From positions 1 to 64,000 of the forward strand of contig NW_026860435.1 of NCBI RefSeq assembly GCF_026571515.1: DNA of 64,000 bases, read 5' to 3'. The translations under genes were made by a program, and so were the position numbers. This DNA is from Ruditapes philippinarum (Eukaryota). Below are positions 11,801-24,649 of this stretch, piece after piece. Every line of letters begins with the position of its first letter. The stretch's first letter is position 1. The notes beneath the pieces were generated by a model. It worked only from the letters and a program-made list of their open reading frames with translations, had not been told where the DNA came from and searched no databases.

Positions 11801-14800
11801 TTGCCACATGTAGTGGCGAGTGCGACGTGTAGTGGGGTTGCCACATTTAGCGGCCAGTGCGACATGTAGTGAGGTTGCCACATTTAGTGGCGAGTGCGAC
11901 GTGTAGTGAGGTTGCCACATTAAGGGGCGAGTGCGACATGTAGTGAGGTTACCACATTTAGTGGCGAGTGCGACATGTAGTGAGGTTGCCACATTTAGCG
12001 GCGACTGTAACATGTAGTGGGGTTGCGACGTTGTATATTAACAAAAAAGCATTGTAGTTATTCGTTTCTGATTGGCTAAATGTAAAATTTAGACCGGTTC
12101 GCCATGGCAATTAATTTACTGCTTATGTTGACATATCTTTTGTTTTGTTTTAAATGCATAACCTCGATTTATAATGAGGTGACAAGTGATCTAGATTTTT
12201 TTTCATTTGTCTTTCTTTTTTGTTTTTCTTTTTTGTCACGCCATCAATCAGACCAACGCGGGTTCTGATTTCATTTAATGTTTTATATCAGAAATTTGTT
12301 ATGTACCTGTATTGTATTTCCACTGAAGAACGCATCTTTCACACGTAATAGTGGATGGTAACTGAAGGTTTATAATATAAACTCCCGGCCCTAAACCCGT
12401 CTTGATTTCTTCTAACTGTATGCGTGTCGTGTTTGTACCTTTAACCGTCAAAACATTCTGATTCAAACATTCTTGTGTGACCTTTGTTGTTGTTGTTGCG
12501 AGAGGGCAAAGTCTGCGAAATATAAATCAACATAAAAAGAAAATATGAGAGAGCTTGAAACTTTATGATTGTCTCCCAACCCATGCCCTGCGTGACATCA
12601 GCAATTGTTTACACAATAAGCGTTAAAATTACACTGATTCTGTTATTCTTAAGTATTTTGACGCTTATTTGATTAAATTGACGATAATGTCGAAACAATC
12701 AAGTTTCGTTGAAATTCAAACAGTGAAATTACCAGTTTTATATCACTGATATATTTCTATAAACCACCGAAAAGCATGTAATAAAATTGTATATAACCTA
12801 AATTCAAACCATCCTTTGTGATAAGCCGTTATTTCTACTTCCGTATTAAGGACGCCGCCTTTGTCGTAACTTCCTGTGATGACGCCATTAACGACGTATA
12901 AACCGCCTACATCTTCGTTTGGCTTTACTTGTGCATTATAAGGATCACCACAGACACCACATCTACCATCATTTTGGTTCCACTGTACCTGAGAGAAAAA
13001 TGCACGCAATTTGTCGAACAGATTCTGTAACGGATATTGAATGTATAATTATTATTATAATAAAAATAATAATAATAATATTAATTAGAACAATAACAAT
13101 AATATTAATAACGATAATGATAATAAAAGTAATAATAACAATNNNNNNNNNNNNNNNNNNNNNNNNNNNNNNNNNNNNNNNNNNNNNNNNNNNNNNNNNN
13201 NNNNNNNNNNNNNNNNNNNNNNNNNNNNNNNNNNNNNNNNNNNNNNNNNNNNNNNNNNNNNNNNNNNNNNNNNNNNNNNNNNNNNNNNNNNNNNNNNNNN
13301 NNNNNNNNNNNTTTCGATTTAAATCAATAATCATATGGCGATTTTTCAGCTTTAACTATTAAAGGGATTCGAACCATACTGTACAAGTATTGTTTGATTT
13401 TATTAACCTTTCAATTGCATACTGTCAATGAACGTACGGTCAATGAACTCGATACATTTATCTTCGATACATTTTTGGTAAATTCCGTGAGATGATCGCA
13501 GTAAGATTTAACTTAATTTGTGTCTATGAAATAGTTATACTGAGCGTCATAGCGCAATATCGAAATTGCAAAGGTACATGTTTTTTCCTTATTTACATTT
13601 TCAACATTATTGAATTGTTTGATTTTTTTTATGTTGTCCGTTTTGTTTTAATATGTTTTGAACTTATTTTGGTAATGTCCATACTCTTTTTAAACAAAGT
13701 TTAAGAAGTAATATTTAAAATTCATTCAGATCAAAATCAATGTAATATTATTTCATTTCAATGTTGTAAAACACATTTACAAATCGAGACAAAACAGTGT
13801 TTCTAAGTTGCTTTATATCAGCACTAAATTACACAAACACTCGGCAATTCCCAGTAAAATATATTGCAAAATATAGAAAGAGTAGATCTAAAACAATGGG
13901 AACAGTTGGAATCGAACCACAGACCTCTCGTATATTAGGCAATCACTTAACCGACTATTGCTGATGTGACGGGACAATATACACTGTAAAGCTGATGTGA
14001 CATTCGTTATATACTATTAATTCCTGTAAACTACACGGAAAGCACCGAAGTGGAATCGAAGATTTAAATTAGTTCTATAATATATTCACAATTGACAGGT
14101 CATCAAAATCAGACTATACGAGTCCAATAAAATTACTATTGTACTCACATCGCTAAAGTTCAAGGAACAATGTATCACATTGAAGGAAGCATTATTAATT
14201 TGAAGTGTTTTGCTTTTGTTTTTTAGATTTTATTAAATATAAAATACGAATATACGAAAATATCTTCAGGAGCTGTTACTAATATTAAAGAGAGATAACT
14301 CGTTGAAGAATGAATAACTACGACAGACAGAGTTACTTTGAGGTATGAATTGTTTTCAGTGAACTCGGTAAATTACAAGAAAGATAAAATTTATATACTA
14401 GTATATATACAATTTTAAGATGTGAAATAAAGAAATAATTTGCAACTTGGGCATTTGCACATTTTCGAAATTATATTAAAAAAATTATTCCGCTTTGTAT
14501 AAAATTTCTATGAAGTGGATTTCACAGAAAAAACCTAATTCTATTTTATAAGTTTATTTTATAAAGAATAAAATCTGTAATAAAATAACAACAAGACATC
14601 GCAATAAAATACAAATACTTCATAATACAATTACTTACAAATCAAGAGTTAAAAATATCGACAAAAGAAACCTCCTTCTTAATATAGAATTTCATTTAAT
14701 TTAATTGAAAAATGCAATGTACTAGTAAATTAATAATGTTTAGATCTAAAATGGTATTCATCATCAATAAACAATAAATATGAGGGGAAATGAATTGAAG

Positions 14801-16151
14801 CGAAAATGTTGAGTACGAATCAGATTATCAGTTTGTTATTCGTTGTTGCGTCTTCGATAGAATGGGTGCAAGAATTTGCACGCGTAAAATTAGTAATAGA
14901 AAGAGAATCGAAACACGATGCTATCTGAATTGAACAAGGGGGTGGAGCCCCCCCCGAGTATTAATCAGATTGCAGAGTGTTTTGATGCTCTTTTTCTTTT
15001 GTATCATTGTCAAACATAAAAACACGTTCCCTGTTGTCACAATATTGAACCCCAGAAAAAAAATAACCAATGAACAAGTATCTGAATATATAATTTATGT
15101 TGCTTTCCCTTTCTCAGCACATATGAGCCAATCAATGGGCATGCTATGGAGTGCGGGTAACTAATACCTGCACTCCAGTTAACGCACTGTGCATGTATAT
15201 GTATAAGATTTAACTCTGACACATTTTCAACAAAAAGGTCCCAAAACTACGATACAACTTTCATTATTAAACAAGCACCAAGCTAAAAAATTTCAAGTAT
15301 ACAAAACTCCTAAATAACACAATTTTGCAAGTAAAAACAGGTTTACTTCGGCCGAATATCTTAGTAAAGATACTTCTTGCTTATTGTTGGTCTCTTCTTC
15401 ATAAACAAGTTTTTTGAGTGTTGTTTTAGGGGAACTGTTCCAAACCCATATTTTTCTTTTCGAACATTACTTAATTTGTACTCAAATGCATCATATGAGC
15501 TTCAATTTGCCGTGACAATGAAACTATTACATTAATTAATATTGCTTTACATTTTTAATCAATCGTACGAACTAATTTTGCCTAATCTATATAACCATTT
15601 CAATATTTTCTTATTGTGTGTGCTTTACATAGCGTTTTAGTCGGTTAGCATTTCAACAAGATCTTTAATAGAAATTTTAATAGGAACTTTATTACAATTT
15701 TTGTAGGAAATAACCAGATATTTACTAGAAATTCAGTAGGATATGTGTAGGACTTTTATTAAGAAAAACAATTAGTACAATTTTAGTCGGAAGTATAGTA
15801 AGCTATTCTGTTGAATTTTAGTAGGACGTAATGTGTTATATTAGTAGGATTTTAATGGGTCGTATTTTAGGGTATAAGAAGTCGTTGCTTTTACTTTGAG
15901 CAGTTCCTTTCATTTTAACCATTTTGCTTTTTATCTGTATATAAACACCAAAGAAAGTTAGATAAAAGATTACTTACATTAAAACCACCACAGAAGAGTT
16001 GATTATCGTTGTAATTTTCCGGGTTATTGTATCCATACCTCCAAGCAGACGACCTCTGGGCCGGTTGAATCAAGCGTCCGTGTGATGCCACGTGCCCAGT
16101 CTGAGATAAAATGACCGCCATTCCTATCCAAAATATTTGTCGAGAAACCAT
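8822..16151 (-). CDS. AA15-type lytic polysaccharide monooxygenase (chitin-binding type-4 domain); exons 16151-15978, 12988-12798, 12512-12307, 9531-9344, 9059-8822; frameshift/stop at the end of exon 4 as assembled
   Basis: A 23-aa signal peptide is followed by N-terminal His (HGRLIQPAQRSSAWR), then NYNDNQLFCGG, CGVCGDP, the second His in ITAYHKGWFEFRLC, CERCVLQWKYNTGNSW and GPQENFVNCADIRI. Exons 1-4 chain in phase (0,2,1). Exon 5 encodes a Thr-rich linker and CLALEPYSSIPGILQWCCDNCAQGHCPMTHCLC. Confidence 0.92.
9672..11001. mobile_element. Foldback element (Mutator-like by TSD), 1330 bp, arms built from ~60-bp tandem units
   Basis: The ends AAGTCCATGAAGTTGACACAGAGATCGACATT / AATGTCGATCTCTGTGCCAACTTCATGGACTT are inverted. 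An exact 9-bp TSD GTCCTCTTT lies at 9663-9671 and 11002-11010. Unit orientation flips near 10280. Confidence 0.9.
11136..12027. repeat. 37-bp minisatellite, about 24 copies
   Basis: Consensus GCCACATTTAGTGGCGAGTGCGACATGTAGTGAGGTT, head to tail with no spacers. Confidence 0.95.
13045..13142. repeat. (AAT)n-type microsatellite running into the N gap
   Basis: Degenerate AAT repeats abut the gap at 13143-13311. Confidence 0.85.
13898..13960 (-). repeat. Degenerate tRNA-like (SINE head-like) fragment
   Basis: Minus strand reads TAGTCGGTTAAG...GAGGTCTGTGGTTCGATTCCAAC (A/B-box-like); no clean cloverleaf. Confidence 0.4.
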
Positions 16152-16693
16152 TTCAATAATAATAAGAAACTGTCAATAAAGTTTATACTCTATTCTACTG
16201 GCGTTCACATAAATCCTGTTTTTCCTTGTTATATTATTTTGTTGTTTTTTTGTTGTTGTTGTTGTTGTTGTTGGTTGTTTTTTTTTTGTATATTATTTTT
16301 TCTGTACTTTTGATAAATGTGTACTTTGTTTTTTTTTAAAAATAATGAAAACAACGATAAAATGATGCTGAAGTTGGTTAAACAAAATTAATGTATCAAA
16401 AGCGAAGTATTGCCAAACGCAGATTGTCATATGCGGGTTAGCGAACCATTTAATACGCCGAAATTACGTGATCAAATGTTTAAGATAACTATACACCCCG
16501 CATTAACAATGGTATTATATTGCATCACACACCCTCGCTTATAACGTAAATTTAATTCTATCTCATCCTTTTCTTTCGGTCTGTTTTCCAAAGGTGTTCA
16601 GTTTAAATAAATGAAGTATTCTTGTTAAAAATACTTTTATATCGTTCCTTCCGGATTTCTTTTACCTAATCCTGATGCCGGTTGAACGCAAGA

Positions 16694-16890
16694 GCATAAC
16701 TATTGTAATGAATATCCGAACAAGATAGCATACCTATTGTTATGAAGGTCCGAACGAAATAGCATTACTATTGTAATGAAGGTCCGAACGAAATAGCATA
16801 ACTATTATAATGAAGGTCGGAAGGAAAGAACATTGCTATTGCGATGAAGGTCTGAAGGAAATATCATTACTACTGTAATGAAGGTCCTAA
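16694..16890. repeat. 34-bp minisatellite, about 6 copies
   Basis: Unit GCATAACTATTGTAATGAAGGTCCGAACGAAATA with 34-bp spacing (16694, 16728...). Confidence 0.85.
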
Positions 16891-17244
16891 GGGAAAAAAG
16901 GGCTAGAGACATGGGGTTGGTCTCATTTGGAGGCTTAAAACATTCGTGAAATAGTGATAAAAGTTTGCTTTAATTGTCCGGATAATTGTTTTCACAACAG
17001 CCAGGGAAATGAACCGCTTGCTGGTAGGCTCGAATCTTGAGATTCCAGCCTTCTATTAACTTATAGTATATATTTAGGGGGCTTATATTTTTACATTTTT
17101 TTTTGGGGGGGGGGTTGACACATCTAAGATGGACACAGAGGTTTTTTTTATCAATTTGGTCATAATTTCTTCCCAGGTTCGATACTCTTGCCTGTGCCTA
17201 AAATTACATTATCACACACCCGTGCCGATTTTGTAACTCCGTAA

Positions 17245-17560
17245 ATATGGTATTGTTCAGCCGTGCATATATTTTGACGTGACGTCATTAGCATTATACA
17301 AACACAGTGTAAAGACGCGCTGAATGGTAGCGTTATAAAATAGGCGCGTCAGTGGAAAATGACTCTTATTTCACTTCAAACGGTCTTTATTTTGGGTATG
17401 TGATAAATAGAATATTAAATTCGTGTAAGTTCATTACTGAATTTATTGCACTTGTTGAATAAAATAATATTATGCTCGCCAGAGGCTCGCATGATATAAT
17501 TCTATTCAACTCGTGCAATAAATTCAATCTTGAACTTACACTCATTCAATATCATCTATT
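17245..17560. mobile_element. Palindromic dispersed repeat family; other copies at about 41700-41985 (inverted), 59944-60110 and 62179-62345
   Basis: Shared core ACTGAATTTATTG...ATTATGCTCGCCAGAGGCTCGCAT...TATTCAACTCGT.CAATAAATTCA with internal inverted symmetry. Confidence 0.7.
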
Positions 17561-18896
17561 TATGTAGCCAAATTTTTAATAACATGTCAGTGCAACGTGT
17601 CCGTATGATAGACTTAATCTTTTTTGCAAATGATACTAGTATACCTTTTGTTAGATTTCAAAACCCTCATGCTAACAGTTGGCCACCTTCAAAATATGTT
17701 GAGGTTTTATTTATAATGTGTTCTTAAATTCTCAATAAATTATTTATTTATTTAAGAATAAAATAAAGTTTGAAATTTCATACAGATAGTCGCACATCAA
17801 ATTTATTTTATTTCACAAAATTATTTCGCAAAACGAACATTATCCAGTAAGATCCCACGCGAAATCATGACCCGTACATAATATAGGATCACGTTATATG
17901 AAAATAGCTTTATTGTTTGATGACTAAAACTTTCCCCGATTCAAACTCTTGCCCCATGTAACTTTATCTCTTCCTGATAGAAAATACAACAATTAAAACT
18001 GTATTTAAACCTTTAAAATGGGCATGACAAAGTCACATTTCTCGATCAATGAAAACAAAAGTGAAATAAATACTGCTATTTATTACATATTACACATATC
18101 TGCATTGAAATTTTGGGAAGAGCAAAAAGAGAAAGAAAGGGAAAAATATATTCATGAAAGATATCTTTACCGAACTTTAAATAGGTTACGGTAAATTGAA
18201 ATTAACAATATTTAGGATGCTTTCGGGACTTGTCAAGTTTTCATATATACATATATACATACAAAAAGCAGAATAAAATTGTTCAAAAAATTGGGCAAAA
18301 AATGAATAAATAAACAAGTAGAAAAATCAATAAAAAAGACCAAATGTAATTTGCCTGAATTTCTTTGTTTTAATTATTGAAATGTGCAGGTTAAACTATT
18401 CCATAATTTATAATACATGTATTTTTTTTTGTATCAAGCTAAATATGGATTGATATAAAACAAACTATGAACGAGGTTTTAAAGTGACTCTTCCATAATT
18501 ATAATAGCAAAAAAGTGTAGTGCATAATTCTCTTCATTCTATTACTTTTTTCTTTGATACATAAAGCTAACTGAATATCAGCATTATACCCCACCCAGTA
18601 ACAAATGCATGTGTAATGACTTGTCCAAGGAATGTCCCTCATTTCATTGTTAAGGGACCAGCAAGGAAAATTAATAAACTTTTGAACCATTCAATATACT
18701 AAATGTATTGCTCTTGTGCATTTCACTGCCGAGGATCGAACCCGTAGTCATCAGAAAAAAAACACACACACGCGCGCGCACGCACGCACATTTTATCAGG
18801 AAAAGAACGCTTTATTAAGCTATATTAAATATGCCAGCTAATCACCGTCAATATATATTTGAAACAAACATTTTGTCTCGGAATATGATAATCATG

Positions 18897-18899
<3 letters not shown>

Positions 18900-18968
<69 letters not shown>
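18900..18968. repeat. (TA)n microsatellite
   Basis: Pure TA run. Confidence 0.98.
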
Positions 18969-18969
<1 letters not shown>

Positions 18970-20516
18970 CAGTAAATTTTTCAGTAAACAATTTTCAAGT
19001 ACAACTCTTCTAACTATATAACATGTACAAGTGCGCCCACGCTTTCACATTTAAGATGTTTAAAATTGTAAACAAAACTTTCAATTTTCCTGTAACATTA
19101 GATTATAGTGGGAAACTTAATCGTTATGATATACCATCATAGTCATCCTTAATTTGCTGTTTTAAAATAAAGTTCACTCTTTGATCAAACATGTAAACAC
19201 GCAATGCAAAAAAGGGTATCTAACACTTGAAGTTCACGAAATAGTTTTTTCCTAAATCTATAAAGCGCTACAGTTTCTTTTCAAGTATCGTTATATAACT
19301 TACAAAGTTTTAAAGAAATGTTAAAAGAATAACCACTCCTGATAATTGCGGAAATTTAATGGCGTTAAGAATGAAGCGTAGGTAATTCTATTAATAAAAA
19401 CATCCCTTAATATTCCTATACCCCTATAAAATAATACAATTCATAATACAAGAATAATGTTTTTTATTGTTTGTTTGTTTGTTTTGTTGTGTTTTTTGGG
19501 GGGCGGGGGGGCAAGATTAGGATTGCCCTGAGGACTTTTTTGGCATGATGGGAGGATTGGAAATACTTTGCGACAGTAATATTCCATTTGATGTCGGTTT
19601 AGATTGGTAACTTGTTAACTATATTTCAGGTCATTTGCTCAGTTTCTTATTTTCTTTTCATTTTTGGACCCCCCCCCCTAAAAAATAATATATAGTAAAT
19701 AAATAAAAAATAAACTAAACAACGCTACAACGCTATTCACTCAAATCGGGCAAAGAATAACACACAAATACGATTTTCAATTTTTCATGTTTTGCATATC
19801 TTTCAGTTTTATGTGTTCAAGTTGATCTATGTACGAAATTAGATGTGTTAAGGTTTGAGGATCTCACTTGAGTTTAATTCCCGAGTCCGTATTAAACGAT
19901 GCATAAAAATTACATCAATTCATATATACATAATGAAACTCCATTTAAAATCCAAGTATATTGTAGTTTTTGTAAGATTATGTATCATGTAAAACTACAC
20001 CAGGATTTTTTTAAAGTTTAAAGTTGAAAAAATATCATATATATTCTAGACCCAACCGTTAAAACACCATGTGTCTGATTCCTTTGCAAATTCGTTTTTG
20101 TACAACTTTCGAGATTCTTCTTTGCACAATATGAGCACCAAGGCCTCAACCTAAACAATGTGTCCTGGAGATTTCCGCTTGGCATGACCATTTTTGTGAA
20201 AGGCGATTAGCCTGGGTTCAAGTCTGTCGATTTTTTATGTGCTTCTGTTCGGCAAATCGATACTATCAAAACCAGATATGTTTTATTATCTATGACGATC
20301 GAGTATGAAATAGCGCGTATGTTATGTAAAAGCAAAAAATATCAACGTCTGACATAGGTTTCTACTATACATAAAAATCTATCAGTTGTCAAAAATTGCT
20401 ACTGACATAGTGATATTTTTTTTAAAGTTATGGCCAATGTAGCACTTTGTCGAATCGAAACATTGACTGAACAGTATTTATTTAAGTATTCTGTTGCTGT
20501 TTAGCCACTTTCACAG

Positions 20517-20663
20517 TTTTTCTCGGAGCGTGCTCGTCGCTGAGAAGGCACAGGGCAACGGCAGAGGATTTGAAGACTTGGATTGGCCCAAAAGCTCAGA
20601 ACTTGTACTGCCGACCAGCTGCCGATGTCAAGACTTATGACGAGAACGGAGAATGGTTCATAG
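20517..20663 (+). other. Orphan exon candidate (147 nt, phase 1-1)
   Basis: GC-richer island bounded by CTTTCACAG and G|GTGTGC, open in one frame: FLGACSSLRRHRATAEDLKTWIGPKAQNLYCRPAADVKTYDENGEWFI. Confidence 0.35.
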
Positions 20664-22003
20664 GTGTGCTAGGGTGCATTAGTCCCTATGATTTAGACTT
20701 TCTAGTTGACGGTTGGGTTGTCTATTTAAATGAAAGCTAAAACAGTTGTTTTTTGTAAACTAGGACTTCAATGAAATACAAAACTAGGACTTCAATAAAA
20801 TACAAAATCTTGTTCCTGTTTTTTAGGTTCATAGAAATTCATTGCATGACCGAGATAGCTAAACATTATAAGATATTAATATATATTCACCAAAGTCAGA
20901 AATACATTTTTTGACATTTGTGTACTCATGCTGCATATTATCACGAATATACATGTAGATAATTGTTATTTGAAAAAAGTTGAAGGAATCTGAAAAAAAA
21001 GATTAACACTTGCGACTACGTACTAAGAATTGGCTATTCTGGTCCATTTAGGTCATAATGTATAAATTAAAATCAATTAATGAGTGAATAAAGAGGTGTA
21101 TATATCGTAACAATTTACACAAACTAATTGCAAATTGTTTTGGGGAGGTTGCTTTTTGCTTTTTCGGGGGGAGGGTTACATAAATGAAAATACATGTAAT
21201 GTAACTGTTGCATTTGACAACATGGCGTGTTGTTTTACGTTCATCCCTAGTTTACAAAGTTTTTTTAACTTGTGTTAATTTTTTTCACCTCTTATACTTA
21301 GACGACATATAAAGGGAAACTACTGGAAAATAATTCCAAAAAATAATCAGACTCTTTCACTATTGCCAAACAATACCAAGTTCCTTTTTTCTGTAAAAGA
21401 AAACCTGAAATGATGCATTTACTGGTAAACTCATTTTAATTGACTGTGAGAATTTACACGTTGTTGCCAGTGAACATTTAATAAAATGTTTCATGGAGGA
21501 CACCAGTTAGTACATTAAAGGACATTTTTAAGTATCATTAAGTTGTTGTTGTTTGTTGTTTTTTTTTGGGGGGTGGGGGGGATTATTTTTTCATAAATGA
21601 AGAAAATGTTACATTTAATAACATGCCGTTTGTTTTACATTCCTCCCTATTTTACAAAATTTTATAACTTATGTTAACATTTTTTAACTGTTATATTTAG
21701 ACATATAAAGAGAATGTCATTCATTATAGTATTGCACATAAGAACATTTTTTATGCATTCGGAAATATTTTAATCAAACCATTTGTCCATTTAAAGGAAG
21801 ATAAACTATACCGATTTAAGCAACCAGTTTTATTCAACGCCGGAAGGTTTTATAACATATATTTATATGCTTAACTTTTATTCTGAAATGGTCATAAATT
21901 GTATTATATGGGTCAATTCATTTCAACAATTGTTCCTATGAAAATTTTAGTTATCATGACACAGTGATAATCCCTGTGACATTATTTTGCAATTTATTTC
22001 TGA

Positions 22004-22006
<3 letters not shown>

Positions 22007-22050
<44 letters not shown>

Positions 22051-22072
22051 ATTATTATTATTATTATTATTG
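22007..22072. repeat. (ATT)n microsatellite
   Basis: Near-pure ATT run. Confidence 0.95.
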
Positions 22073-22213
22073 TTATCATGTTGCTTTTCACAAATTTCAT
22101 GATGTTTCGTGCACATCTTCATGATTTAGTTATTGATGAGGACCCAGATTTTAGTAGGAATGATGAAGATTGTTTTGCTGAAGATATATGTACGAGACAA
22201 GGATTTATGATTT

Positions 22214-22420
22214 GAGCCGCGCCACGACAAAACCAACATAATAGGTTTGCGACCAGCGCAGTCTGATTAGGATCCATGCTGTTCGCTATCAGTTTCTCTT
22301 CTTGTTATAGGGTTTGTAAGCGAACAGCAGGGACCCTGATCAGACTACGCGGATGCGCAGGCTGGTCTGGATCCATGCTGGTCGCAAACCCATTATGCTG
22401 GTTTTGTCATGGCGCGGCTC
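22214..22420. mobile_element. MITE with GAG...CTC termini and 4-bp ATTT TSD (Sola-like)
   Basis: TIRs GAGCCGCGCCACGACAAAACCAACATAATAGGTTTGCGACCAGC / GCTGGTCGCAAACCCATTATGCTGGTTTTGTCATGGCGCGGCTC; ATTT on both sides. The superfamily is inferred from termini and TSD length. Confidence 0.85.
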
Positions 22421-24149
22421 ATTTGGCCCTGTATGAATCTTGTAACATACTCAGGTTAATGTTTATCTTGAACCTTATATTAACCTATTTAAGCTCGATA
22501 GAGAAACAATTTGTACATTTGTAGTTGTCAATGCATATCCATAAAAATAAAAAGATATTTTTCTTCTGTGTATGTATTTACTTTAACAAGTACCAATATG
22601 TGTTCTATGAATGCTAGGTTTTGTATTCATTTAATTTGAAATGCCTACATGCTTTACATATTTTTTTTTACTATGTCATTATATTTTTCACAATTTTATT
22701 ACATTTAATTCCATCAATTTTTTTGTTAAATGATTTACTCAAGACCAAAAAATTCAACTGCAATTTTGTTTCTCAAACTCAAACCAGTTTTCATCATTGA
22801 CTTCTAAATTCATTAAAAACAGTTGACAAAATCACCAAAACGTGTTTTCTTTATGTATCGACAGCGTGACTTATACAGCAGCCAATAAAAAACACATGTG
22901 ACATCTGTGATTTGTAAAAATTCCGGCATACGGTACAGATGGCCAACGATGGGGATCCCGTGAATAAAATTTCAGAATACTTGGGACACCTGTAATTCCT
23001 TAACCTCATATTAAAAATTTGGGAAACGATATACTTTTTTTTCAAATTTTAAAAAAATGATTAGTTAAAATAATTTTTAAAAAAAAAAAGCGACAAATTA
23101 TTCAAAAAATATCAGTTTATTTTTTTTTCCCCTTTTGGTTCGCTTTTGATTGAGGTTAAAAACGGGTATTAAAAAAAAAATTTTAGACTACCTTCTTGAG
23201 AGTTGCTGCTTTAATAATGTATCTAGACATATTTTAATTTTAACAGTGTCTTCATTATTTTGTCAAGATTTTTTCTTTTGCCTATAGTTTTTTATTTAGT
23301 AGGAAATATGAGATAAAAAAGATTGTTGAAGACTCGAAACAAACTTTGTTTATTTGATTTTGTCAGTACCTTCTAAAGTAAAATTGCAAATTAAACATAT
23401 ATATATATTCCTAGTCACTTTAGGAGTTTGCTTAATCTTTACTTCAAACATAGAAGAATATGTAAAATATGAACTGTAAATATTTGTACATATTATATGT
23501 AATCAGTAAAATATATGCATATATTTCTTATTGAAAAAATTGACTTAGACTTTATATAAAAATGAATTTCTAATAACCTCCCTTTATTCACTTGAAATGT
23601 AAATTCGGTAATATCTTTACAAATAATGCTTTTTGTAACTTAAAACATTGATAAATCTTAATTTGAACATTATATTTATGATATAAAACCATAGAAAATT
23701 TAGTTACAGGATCTTTAATACTTGTTTATTTAATAATGTTAACAGTTTCTCTTGACAATATTGCTATGTAAGTTTATTTCAATACGTGTTTTTTTTGGGG
23801 TGAACTAACAGTTACTCAACACGTTTTTTTCTCCCTTATTGATACATGAATCATTACACTGATATTTTCTTATATTTACATATTGCAATCATTTTCTTCT
23901 CTAAATTACGTGTCTCAATAATATACATTTAGTTCAACATACTTTTTGTTTCTTCGCATCACTATTATCTGAGGTTGTTAAAACCCAAGCAGCAGAGGAG
24001 ACAATAATGTCGGTTGCATGTTGCAAACAAATATCTACAGAGAATATAGATAGTTGAAATTCAAATTGAATCTATAATTTTACTTTTAAAACTTGTACTT
24101 TTTCCTCTTATTATTTTTGTTACTGAATGGATTTACTTTAGATTTCAAA

Positions 24150-24373
24150 TTGTTTTGTTGTTTTGTTTTTTGTTTTTTTTTCATAAGAGCATAGTCTTTT
24201 GAACTTTTATTGTCATGGTGACCTTATTAAGTGTTACAAAAATATTGAACACTTGAGTGCTTTCTCTATACTGATACAGAAATGTATTTATATCACAAAT
24301 GATTGTTTTTCATAGCGTAGTCTTCTAGTATTTTACTAGTCGAGCGTGCTGTCTCCTCTGACAGCTTTTGTTT
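24150..24373 (+). mobile_element. Degenerate HINE 3' end, same family as 4480-6953
   Basis: TAGTCGAGCGTGCTGTCTCCTCTGACAGCTTTTGTT matches the subTIR plus hairpin at 6918-6953. Left boundary uncertain. Confidence 0.55.
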
Positions 24374-24649
24374 GAAGCAGTAGTAGATTAATACATGTTC
24401 AAGGTGAGTCCAGAAATAAAACAAAACTTCTGTTGAATGCTATTTTATTTTGATCGAAAAACAAATATTATGTTGACATTTGAAAGTAACGATTTGTTAT
24501 CAGCAAAGTAATCATAAAATATAGAAAAGATGTTAAAATTCACAGAGGAAGAGAACTTTAAACTGGTAAGAAAATATTGAATCTTATATGAAGAAAAATA
24601 ATTTTTGAGTCGTGATTGTATCAAGATTGTCCTAATTCGCATTGTCAAT

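Noticed and set aside
11136-12027. 37-bp repeat array resembling CRISPR, and ORFs 11551-11883 and 11699-12013
   Set aside because: Units are contiguous with no unique spacers, there are no cas genes, and the array lies in a eukaryotic intron; the ORFs are repeat translations.
13898-13960. Functional tRNA genes here and at about 40898-40960 and 42400-42466
   Set aside because: Box-like motifs are present but I could not pair acceptor and anticodon stems; treated as SINE-like relics. tRNAscan-SE would settle it.
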